Of a DNA stretch of 64,000 nucleotides, positions 48,143 through 56,436 are shown in pieces. Location of the stretch: positions 1-64,000 of the IMG/VR virus record IMGVR_UViG_3300023174_000112, one strand, 5' to 3'. The stretch is from a virus. Under the pieces are notes generated by a model, which saw only the letters and a list, made by a program, of their open reading frames with translations, searched no databases and had not been told where the DNA came from. Positions within the stretch are counted from its first letter, which is position 1; every line of letters begins with the position of its first letter. A program made the translations under genes and the position numbers.

Positions 48143-48799
48143 ATGAGTAAAATTATTGGCGTTTGTGGATTTATTGGTTCAGGCAAAGATACCATTGCAG
48201 ATTATCTTGTAAATTTACATCACTTCCGTAGAGAAAGTTTTGCCAACACACTCAAAGACGCTGTGAGTGCTGTGTTTGGCTGGGACCGGACCATGCTGGA
48301 GGGCCGCACCAAGCAAGCCCGTGAATGGCGTGAACAAGTGGATCCTTGGTGGGCCGAACGTCTGGGAATACCACACTTGACACCACGTTGGATATTACAA
48401 AACTGGGGCACAGAAGTATGCCGCAAAAATTTTCACGATGACATTTGGATTGCCAGCTTGGAAAACAAACTACGTGCCAGCACCGACGACATTGTTATAA
48501 GCGACTGCAGATTTCCCAACGAAATAGCAGCCATCAAAAAAGCTGGTGGGCGGGTGGTGCGTGTGGTACGTGGCGCTGAGCCTGAGTGGTATGGCGCAGC
48601 CGTGAGCCGCAATCGTGGACCCAACGGCAACTCAAGCTGGGCACTCAGTGGCAGGAAACTAGAACAACTGGGCATTCATGACAGTGAAACAGCCTGGGTA
48701 GGCACACGATTTGATGCTGTGCTAGACAACAATGGTACCTTGGAAGACCTATATCAGCAGGTCAAGCGTCTGGCTCAAGATCCCCCGGCCGCCAAATAG
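48143..48799 (+). CDS. Deoxynucleoside monophosphate kinase (T4 gp1-like)
   Basis: IIGVCGFIGSGKDT P-loop, LQNWGTE, ISDCRFPNE and HDSE motifs. Confidence 0.9.
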   Translation: MSKIIGVCGFIGSGKDTIADYLVNLHHFRRESFANTLKDAVSAVFGWDRTMLEGRTKQAREWREQVDPWWAERLGIPHLTPRWILQNWGTEVCRKNFHDDIWIASLENKLRASTDDIVISDCRFPNEIAAIKKAGGRVVRVVRGAEPEWYGAAVSRNRGPNGNSSWALSGRKLEQLGIHDSETAWVGTRFDAVLDNNGTLEDLYQQVKRLAQDPPAAK

Positions 48800-49106
48800 T
48801 TTCAACACGTGAAATTTCTTCCACACAATTCCTGCACACTGTGCGAAGATTTTTCAAAGCTGAATTGTTGAGATCTCCATCCACATGATAAACCAGCAGT
48901 TGACTGATAATTCTAGCCCTGAACCCACATCGATCACATGTGGGTTTTTTCTTGTATCCTGAGGATTGCCAACGAGGCACTGGCGGCTTTAGTTTTTTTC
49001 TTTTTTTGATGCAAGTGGTACACTGAGATCGATAATACACTCGATCGTATTTGTGGTAAGCAATGGCTCGGTGCCGGATTTTACAAACGCTACACATGGG
49101 TCTCAT
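48762..49106 (-). CDS. Zn-finger HNH-like endonuclease
   Basis: Multiple CxxC pairs and CDRCGF..YHVDGDLNN..NLRTVCRNC. Confidence 0.75.
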   Translation of the reverse strand: MRPMCSVCKIRHRAIAYHKYDRVYYRSQCTTCIKKRKKLKPPVPRWQSSGYKKKPTCDRCGFRARIISQLLVYHVDGDLNNSALKNLRTVCRNCVEEISRVETIWRPGDLEPDA

Positions 49107-49202
49107 ACGGTTATTTATCATACGGACCTATATATAGGCCGCCGTAACACACCTTTTTTTGGATATACCTATAAATATCTACAACTTGAAAAGGAAGCAA
49201 TC

Positions 49203-52200
49203 ATGGCACTAACATCACCAGGCGTAGAAGTAGTAGTAATTGACGAAAGTCAGTATATCCCTTCTGCGGTAAACACAGTACCCTATTTTTTAATCGCCAC
49301 TGCACAGAACAAAGCTGATGCAGCCGGCGTAGGCGTTGCAGCCGGCACAACTGCTGCTAATGCAAACAAAGTTTATCTCATTACCAGTCAGCGAGATTTG
49401 GCAGCCACTTATGGTGTGCCATTCTTCTACAACACCACAACTGGCACACCTATCAACGGATACGAACTCAACGAATATGGTTTGTTGGCAGCGTATTCTG
49501 CACTGGGAGTTACAAACCGTGCATATATTCAACGTGTGGACATTGATTTGACAGAACTCACTGCAAGTTTGAGTCGTCCCACAGGCAATGCCAACAATGG
49601 TTCTTATTGGTTGGATGCCAGCACCAGTCTTTGGGGCATTTTCCAATGGAATCAAACCACCGCTGCATTCACAAATCAAGTGCCCATGGTACTCACCAGC
49701 ACAGCTGATGTTGTAGATGCGGCCACTGAAGACTACACTCCTTTGCAAACTATTGGTAGCATTGGTGACTATGCAGTCAGCGCAGTCAGCACCGACAATC
49801 AAACATATTACAAACGCGGTGGCCCTACTGCTACTGAAACTAGTGTCACCGCATTGAGCAATCTTTACAACACCTGGGTACTGGTGGGCAGTGATAATTG
49901 GAAAACTTCTTGGCCCGCAGTGCAAGGAACAAATTCAGTTAGCGTTGCATTGACCAATGGTTACAACATGTATCTCAATGGTCAGTTGGTCACAGTTGGC
50001 GCAGGTGGTACGGCACTTACTGTTGCTGGATTTGCAACAGCCATCAACAATGCCAACATCACAGGCGTGTATGCAGCCTCTATCAGCAACAAGCTCACAA
50101 TTTATGCTGATTCAACTGCAAGCAACGACGGATCAACTGCTAACGGTGGCGTTGTTTCAGTTATTGCTGGTCCCAATGGTGGTACTTCTTTGTTGACAAC
50201 ATTGGGTATTGCAGATGCTGAATATCGTGCTCCAAGTTATTTGCCAGGATACAGCTATCAAGCACCACGTTGGTCATCAACTCAACCACAACCAGCACCC
50301 ACAGGTAGTGTGTGGCAAAACATCAGCTCAGCAGGCAACGGTATGAGTTTGAAAGTCAAAACATACAGTGCCGCATTGGATACATGGGTACCACAAGTCA
50401 GCAACGTTTACGGCAATGACGCTGAAGCCAACTACACACTTGACCCCACAGGCGGCGGCAGAAACATTCCAGTAGGCACAACTTATGTGCAATGGGGTGT
50501 ATTAGACTATGTTGATAACCAGCCCGTTTCGGCTTTTACTTTGCTTGAAAGAAATGCTCTAGGAGCCACTGTAATTACAGGTGACACTGTGCCTACCACC
50601 TTTATAAGTGGTAACAGTTTTAACTTGGCTGCTTCCCAAGCCGGCTCATCTGCATACATTGACTATACAGTGACTTTGGCTGGCACAACAGTCAGTGCAT
50701 TTATCAATGCTGTGAGCGCTGCCAACATTCCTTATGTTAGCGCATCTGTTAATACTGCTGGTAACATTGTGTTTACACACAGCCAAGGTGGATCAATTTA
50801 TTTGTTGAATGTCACTGGCACGCCAATTACAACTGCAGGCTTTACATTGAGCACTACCAATGTAAGACAATCTTCCTACAATGCCACTGAATTGGTTTTG
50901 AGTAATTGGGTTACCGCACCTGAATTCACTTATACTGCCAGCGACACTGCACCAGATCAAAATCCTGCAGACGGACGTTTGTGGTATTACAGTTCAGTGG
51001 ATGACGTTGACATCATGATCCAAGAAAATGGAGAGTGGATGGGTTATCAAAACGTAACCAACGACACACGTGGCTTTGATTTGACATTGACCAATGCATC
51101 TGGTCCTATTGTTGCAGCAACAGCACCTACCACACAAAACAACACAGCCGAAAGCCCATTGCAATACGGTGACTTGTGGATTGACAGCAGCGACTTAGAA
51201 AACTATCCCATGTTGTATCGTTGGGAACAAGTCAGTGGTGTTGATCAATGGGTGTCAGTCAACACTACAGATCAAACATCATCAAATGGTATTTTGTTTG
51301 CTGATGCACGTTGGGCACCAAACGGCACAACAGATCCAGTGGCAGATCCATTCCCGACCATTGTGAGTTTGTTGACCAGTGACTATTTGGACTTGGATGC
51401 GCCTGATCCTGCACTGTACCCCCAAGGTATGTTGTTGTGGAACACACGCCGTTCAGGGTACAATGTCAAGAGCTTCCAATTGAACTATTTCAATTCAACC
51501 ACATTCCCTGATGATATATTGCCCACAGTGACCAACACATGGCTCACAACGTCAGGCAACAAAGCTGATGGTGCAATGTATGCTGGTCGTCAGGCACAAC
51601 GTGCATTGATTGTGGCTGCAATGAAATCAGGTCTTGATACAAGTTTAACAGCAAGAGAAGAGCAAAATCAATTCAACTTGATTGCGGCTCCTGCTTATCC
51701 TGAACTGGCACCAAACATGGTTGCACTCAGCAATGAACGTGCCAACACACTGTTTGTGGTGGGTGATACTCCCATGCGTTTGGCGGCCAACGGAACTGAC
51801 CTGGTCACTTACGCCACAGACAACGGTGGATTAGGATTACCAACAGGAGATGGATTGGTCATTGGATCGCCTTACTCTGCTGTTTTCTATCCTTCATGTC
51901 AGACCACAGACTTGTCAGGCAACATAGTTGTACAACCGCCAAGTCACATGATGATACGCACAATCTTGCGCAGTGATGCTGTGAGTTATCCATGGTTGGC
52001 TCCTGCTGGCACACGTCGTGGTGTGATTGACAATGCCACAGCAATTGGTTATATCCAATCAGCCACTGGTGAGTTTGTACAAACCGCCATTGGACAAGGC
52101 TTGCGTGATGTGTTGTATTCATACAATATCAATCCAATTACATTTATTCCAGGAGTTGGTATCACTAACTTTGGTAACAAAACACGCCAAGCCACCAACA

Positions 52201-52532
52201 CTGCATTGGATCGTATCAACGTTGCTCGACTGATTTGTTTCTTGCGTGGTCGCTTAGAAGAAATTGGCAAACAGTATTTGTTTGAACCCAACGATCAAAT
52301 CACACGCAATCAGATCAGCAATACCATCAACAGTTTGATGATTGACCTTGTGGCTAAACGTGCCTTGTACGATTACTTGGTGGTGTGTGATTTGAGCAAC
52401 AATACTCCATTCCGCATTGACAACAATGAACTATGGGTTGACGTAGCTATTGAACCAGTGAAAGCTGTGGAGTTTATCTATATTCCACTGCGCATCAAGA
52501 ACACTGGAGAAATCAGCGGTGTGGCAGCATAA
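49203..52532 (+). CDS. gp18: Tail sheath protein (T4 gp18-like) with large insertions
   Basis: MALTSPGVEV N-terminus; PWLAPAGTRRG, INPI, ALDRINVARL, FEPND and PVKAVEFIYI motifs. Confidence 0.95.
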   Translation: MALTSPGVEVVVIDESQYIPSAVNTVPYFLIATAQNKADAAGVGVAAGTTAANANKVYLITSQRDLAATYGVPFFYNTTTGTPINGYELNEYGLLAAYSALGVTNRAYIQRVDIDLTELTASLSRPTGNANNGSYWLDASTSLWGIFQWNQTTAAFTNQVPMVLTSTADVVDAATEDYTPLQTIGSIGDYAVSAVSTDNQTYYKRGGPTATETSVTALSNLYNTWVLVGSDNWKTSWPAVQGTNSVSVALTNGYNMYLNGQLVTVGAGGTALTVAGFATAINNANITGVYAASISNKLTIYADSTASNDGSTANGGVVSVIAGPNGGTSLLTTLGIADAEYRAPSYLPGYSYQAPRWSSTQPQPAPTGSVWQNISSAGNGMSLKVKTYSAALDTWVPQVSNVYGNDAEANYTLDPTGGGRNIPVGTTYVQWGVLDYVDNQPVSAFTLLERNALGATVITGDTVPTTFISGNSFNLAASQAGSSAYIDYTVTLAGTTVSAFINAVSAANIPYVSASVNTAGNIVFTHSQGGSIYLLNVTGTPITTAGFTLSTTNVRQSSYNATELVLSNWVTAPEFTYTASDTAPDQNPADGRLWYYSSVDDVDIMIQENGEWMGYQNVTNDTRGFDLTLTNASGPIVAATAPTTQNNTAESPLQYGDLWIDSSDLENYPMLYRWEQVSGVDQWVSVNTTDQTSSNGILFADARWAPNGTTDPVADPFPTIVSLLTSDYLDLDAPDPALYPQGMLLWNTRRSGYNVKSFQLNYFNSTTFPDDILPTVTNTWLTTSGNKADGAMYAGRQAQRALIVAAMKSGLDTSLTAREEQNQFNLIAAPAYPELAPNMVALSNERANTLFVVGDTPMRLAANGTDLVTYATDNGGLGLPTGDGLVIGSPYSAVFYPSCQTTDLSGNIVVQPPSHMMIRTILRSDAVSYPWLAPAGTRRGVIDNATAIGYIQSATGEFVQTAIGQGLRDVLYSYNINPITFIPGVGITNFGNKTRQATNTALDRINVARLICFLRGRLEEIGKQYLFEPNDQITRNQISNTINSLMIDLVAKRALYDYLVVCDLSNNTPFRIDNNELWVDVAIEPVKAVEFIYIPLRIKNTGEISGVAA

Positions 52533-52533
52533 T

Positions 52534-52567
52534 GAAACGGGGGCCTGATTACCAGGCCTCCATTTCA
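52534..52567 (+). terminator. Hairpin between sheath and tube genes
   Basis: TGAAA.GGGGGCCTG-atta-C.AGGCCTCC.TTTCA imperfect inverted repeat, followed by TAAATA at 52570. Confidence 0.55.
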
Positions 52568-52597
52568 GGTAAATAAACACAACAGGAGATATAACAA

Positions 52598-53233
52598 ATG
52601 CCATCAGCATCACTAAACAATATGACAGTACCATTGGCCAGCGATCAAAGCGCTAGTAGCCAAGGTCTGTTGATGCCCAAACTCAAATATCGCTTTAGAG
52701 TGAGTTTTGAAAATTTTGGACCACAAAGTGCAACCCCAGTAACTGAATTAACCAAACAAGTGATAAGTTTTACTCGCCCTAACTTGACCTTTGAAGAAAT
52801 TGCATTGCCTATTTACAATTCAACACTGAAACTGGCTGGACGTCATTCATGGGCCGACTGCACATGTTCAGTGCGTGATGACGCTGGTGGTAACATTACC
52901 ACTTTGATCGGACAGCAAATGCAGAAACAAATGGACTTTTTGGAAATGAGTTCGGCTGCATCCGGCATCGATTACAAATTCACAACCAAAGTTGAAGTAC
53001 TTGACGGCGGCAATGGTGCCACTGCTCCAGTGGTATTGGAAACATGGGAACTGTATGGTTGTTACCTCAAAGGTGCCAACTACGGTGACTTGAACTACGG
53101 CACTAACGAAGCAGTCACAGTAGAAATGACCATTGCTTACGACAACGCCAATCAAAGCCCAACTGGTGTTGGTGTTGGTACAGGATTTGGACGTACTATT
53201 GCAGGTGCTGTTACAGGTGCCGGTCAGGCTTAA
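52598..53233 (+). CDS. gp19: Tail tube protein (T4 gp19-like)
   Basis: Follows the sheath gene; PKLKYRFRV, LAGRHSW and WELYGC..LNY..MTIAYD motifs. Confidence 0.88.
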   Translation: MPSASLNNMTVPLASDQSASSQGLLMPKLKYRFRVSFENFGPQSATPVTELTKQVISFTRPNLTFEEIALPIYNSTLKLAGRHSWADCTCSVRDDAGGNITTLIGQQMQKQMDFLEMSSAASGIDYKFTTKVEVLDGGNGATAPVVLETWELYGCYLKGANYGDLNYGTNEAVTVEMTIAYDNANQSPTGVGVGTGFGRTIAGAVTGAGQA

Positions 53234-53235
53234 AC

Positions 53236-54483
53236 ATGTCAAATTTTGGACAAGACTTCCTCAAAGGGGTCACCCAAGGGATTGACTTCAAAAGTTTTGG
53301 CAAAAATGTAGTCGAAGGATTCATAGGCAACGATGTCTTGCGTGATTACACTCACGCAAGCAAAACTTTTACCACCAACGCCTACGAACTCAAACCAAGA
53401 TTTAAGTTTTTATTTCATGTCAGCTTCACGCTGAATGTCACCGAGATTCCTTATTTGAATGGTGCATTCAGTGCCGACGATCAAATGAATCTCAGTCTCA
53501 CAGTAAAAACTGTTGACCTCCCCAAGTTTACCATCGAAACTGACACACTGAACCAGTACAATCGCAAAAGAATTATACAGAAAAAACTCAAGTATGAGCC
53601 AGTGAATATAACATTTCATGACACCAGCAATGATTTGGTGCGTAAAATGTGGTATTACTACATGAGCTACTACTACAAAGATCCATCAAACCGATACCTA
53701 GATCCCAACAACAACAATGGCACCAATGGTGCCAGTAGCTTGCGACAAGCAGGCTTTGGCTACAACGATCGAGACATCTACGACCGACAACGCATTGGCA
53801 ATGTCAACGACTGGGGTTACATTGGCGAAGCCTACAACGATGGCAACACTACTGGTACCACTGGCAAACCCCCATTTTTCAGAGACATCAGAATTTACGG
53901 CATGGACCAACGCAAGTTTGCTGAATATGTTTTGATCAATCCATTGATTACCAGTTGGTCCGGTGACACATACAGTTATGCCGAAGGTGGCGGCATCATG
54001 CAGAACACCATGACCGTAGACTATGAAACAGTGAAATACTATTCAGGTGCTGTAGGCTCGGCACAATCTGGCGGAGATCCAAATGTGCAAGGATTTGCCA
54101 CTGATGCACACTATGACAAAACAGTCAGCCCCATTGCTAGGCCTGGCGCCAATGCCACAGTGTTTGGCCAAGGCGGCCTGTTGGAAACTGGTGCCGGAAT
54201 CATTGGCGACCTGCAAAGTGGTAGTGTGCTGGGCTTGATTGGTGCCGCGCAAAAAGCAGCACGTCTCAATCAAACATTCAAAGGCAAAAATCTTGGCAGC
54301 CTGGCTGCCAGTGAAGCTGTGAGACTAGGAACACAAACCATTCAACAAGGTGTCACACCAGGTGGTGTCAGAGCAGTGGCCAACAAAGTTGATGGATGGA
54401 TATTCCCCACGCCACAAAACACTGGACAAAATGGATCAGCTCAAGGCAGAACCAATCCCAACCCATTGACAAATCAGAGATGA
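53236..54483 (+). CDS. Tube-fold baseplate/tail-tube initiator (gp48/gp54-like)
   Basis: VKTVDLPKF..NQYNRKR..YEPVNITFHD and MTVDYE tube-like motifs. Confidence 0.6.
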   Translation: MSNFGQDFLKGVTQGIDFKSFGKNVVEGFIGNDVLRDYTHASKTFTTNAYELKPRFKFLFHVSFTLNVTEIPYLNGAFSADDQMNLSLTVKTVDLPKFTIETDTLNQYNRKRIIQKKLKYEPVNITFHDTSNDLVRKMWYYYMSYYYKDPSNRYLDPNNNNGTNGASSLRQAGFGYNDRDIYDRQRIGNVNDWGYIGEAYNDGNTTGTTGKPPFFRDIRIYGMDQRKFAEYVLINPLITSWSGDTYSYAEGGGIMQNTMTVDYETVKYYSGAVGSAQSGGDPNVQGFATDAHYDKTVSPIARPGANATVFGQGGLLETGAGIIGDLQSGSVLGLIGAAQKAARLNQTFKGKNLGSLAASEAVRLGTQTIQQGVTPGGVRAVANKVDGWIFPTPQNTGQNGSAQGRTNPNPLTNQR

Positions 54484-54839
54484 GTACTGTAAATTACACC
54501 AATCCCAACACAGACTTGTCTGTGAGAATTTTTGACAGCTTCTATGACTATGATGTCAATATTCCCGCTGACGAATATGATGTGGTACACACTTATTTTT
54601 TAAGTGTGATGACCACCCGGCAAGCTGCTGGAAACTTTACTGTGAGTTTGTTCAGAGTAGCACAAGACACTGGCATTAACCCACTGACATTGTTGAAAGA
54701 ATTTCAAGGTCTCAATGGCACAAATCTCAGTGCAAGTTTAGCCTATTATCTCAACAGTATTCGCAGTAGAGCTACACTGTTGGGGGTTGGAGCTCCTGTG
54801 ACTCCAAACTTTTATCAGGCTAGAAATGTATTGGTATGA
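54480..54839 (+). CDS. Hypothetical protein
   Basis: ATGA overlap with both neighbours; start revised to MSTVNY. Confidence 0.7.
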   Translation: MSTVNYTNPNTDLSVRIFDSFYDYDVNIPADEYDVVHTYFLSVMTTRQAAGNFTVSLFRVAQDTGINPLTLLKEFQGLNGTNLSASLAYYLNSIRSRATLLGVGAPVTPNFYQARNVLV

Positions 54840-55267
54840 GTCACTGGGCACAAGGACCGTACACAGTAATTAACCGCGAAAAATACGTGGGCAATGGCAC
54901 ACCACGTTATAGATCTGGGTGGGAACTCAGCTTCATGAAGTTTTGCGATAGCAATGATCATGTGTTGCAGTGGGCAAGTGAGAGCATTGCTATTCCGTAT
55001 CGTCATCCACTCACAGGCAAGATGACACAGTACATTCCAGATTTTTTGATCACGTATCGTACCAGCAACAACACAATCAAAGCCGAGTTAATCGAAATCA
55101 AGCCTAAAAAACAAAGCGTGGTAGAATCAAAAATGAGTGCCAAAGATCGTGCTGTAGTGGCAATAAACTACGCCAAATGGGATGCAGCCACCAAATGGGC
55201 ACGCCGCAACGGGCTGATGTTTAGAGTCATCACTGAGAACGATATGTTTCACAACGGCCGAGCTTGA
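54836..55267 (+). CDS. gp4: Head completion nuclease (T4 gp4-like, PD-(D/E)xK fold)
   Basis: YRSGWE, WASE..IPY, YIPDF, IEIKP and N.AKW.AA motifs. Confidence 0.9.
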   Translation: MSHWAQGPYTVINREKYVGNGTPRYRSGWELSFMKFCDSNDHVLQWASESIAIPYRHPLTGKMTQYIPDFLITYRTSNNTIKAELIEIKPKKQSVVESKMSAKDRAVVAINYAKWDAATKWARRNGLMFRVITENDMFHNGRA

Positions 55268-55281
55268 CCCATAAATAGGGC

Positions 55282-55803
55282 ATGACTCGTAAACTGGAAG
55301 AACTATTTGATTTGCCCACAACAGAACAGGCCGAAGTAGCAGCCGCAGTTGATGCCATCAGTCGTGACGATGTGCGCACTCAACTACAAACCCTGGATGA
55401 AACCATAGACAAAATTGATTCTGCCTTGCCCGGAGTGCGTGGCCTAGAAGCCAATGACGAAGAAATGGACAATCTAGCAGACTTGGCCAAAAGCAGTTAC
55501 AATGATCTCATGGATCTTGGTATGCAAGTGGACTCAAGATTTGCCAGCGAAATCTTCAGTGTAGCCAGCAACATGTTGGGACATGCCATCACAGCAAAAA
55601 CAGCCAAGATGGACAAGAAGCTGAAAATGATTGACTTGCAGTTGAAGAAGATGCGGCTGGATCAGCAACAAAGTGTGATAGATGCCAAGGCCGCAGATGC
55701 CGGCGGCGAAGCCATGCAAACAGCACAGGGCATGGTGCTGAGTCGCAATGATCTGCTGGAACGACTGTTGGCCAGCAAAGATCAAAAAGATAAAAAAGAA
55801 TAA
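55282..55803 (+). CDS. Helical protein, possible small terminase subunit
   Basis: Coiled-coil of suitable size; C-terminal VLSRNDLLERL; the function is an inference. Confidence 0.4.
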   Translation: MTRKLEELFDLPTTEQAEVAAAVDAISRDDVRTQLQTLDETIDKIDSALPGVRGLEANDEEMDNLADLAKSSYNDLMDLGMQVDSRFASEIFSVASNMLGHAITAKTAKMDKKLKMIDLQLKKMRLDQQQSVIDAKAADAGGEAMQTAQGMVLSRNDLLERLLASKDQKDKKE

Positions 55804-55823
55804 ATATGTTACAGGAACCTGAT

Positions 55824-56432
55824 ATGAAAAATTTTGCCCATTACCTAGCCGAAAGCGAACGTACCTACAACTATCGTATCAAACTGCTGGGTAAACCACC
55901 TGGCGATTTGGTGTCGCAGTTGAAGAAAAAGCTGGATCAATTTGATCCTGTAAAGATGGGTGATCCCAAGACTACCCCTATACAGATCATACCCACTGAC
56001 TTTCCCAATCACAAAAATGATTCGGTCACAATGTTTGATGTCAGTTTCAAGTATCCAGCCATTGAGCCACAGATCAAACAACTGGCACAGTTGTTGGGTT
56101 TTGACCCCAATCACATCATCATGCAGACCACACCACACGTGGATGGCCTGGTGGATGAGTACGAACAAATTGATGCTGAAAACAAAGACCTGTTGGGTGA
56201 CACTGATTACCCTGCTCCTGACGCAGAACAACGTGCATTGAGCAAAGACTACTCAACTGGTCCTTATGACCATGCTGTGTTGAAAAATGCATACCGCAGT
56301 GACTTCACCATTGCTGGTGGTAAAACACCACCTGCTAAAACCACAAATGATATTGCTCAAGGCGATAAGAGCCCAATGACCAAGATCAATCGTCCACCCA
56401 AGCCAGCTACTGGCGCCAACCCAAGAGGATAA
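55824..56432 (+). CDS. Putative internal head protein
   Basis: Start MKNFAHYLAE resembles the T4 capsid-targeting sequence; SD AGGA upstream. Confidence 0.55.
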   Translation: MKNFAHYLAESERTYNYRIKLLGKPPGDLVSQLKKKLDQFDPVKMGDPKTTPIQIIPTDFPNHKNDSVTMFDVSFKYPAIEPQIKQLAQLLGFDPNHIIMQTTPHVDGLVDEYEQIDAENKDLLGDTDYPAPDAEQRALSKDYSTGPYDHAVLKNAYRSDFTIAGGKTPPAKTTNDIAQGDKSPMTKINRPPKPATGANPRG

Positions 56433-56436
56433 TACA

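Noticed and set aside
48762-49106. HNH gene as a mobile homing element
   Set aside because: No intron or flanking insertion signature was seen. It is small, has a late motif, and could equally be a packaging-associated nuclease.
38786-55823. Longer upstream starts given in the ORF track (38854, 41592, 44098, 44822, 48128, 49053, 49121, 54396, 55806)
   Set aside because: They overlap neighbouring genes or promoter motifs. Downstream starts fit SD/promoter positions and conserved N-termini better.
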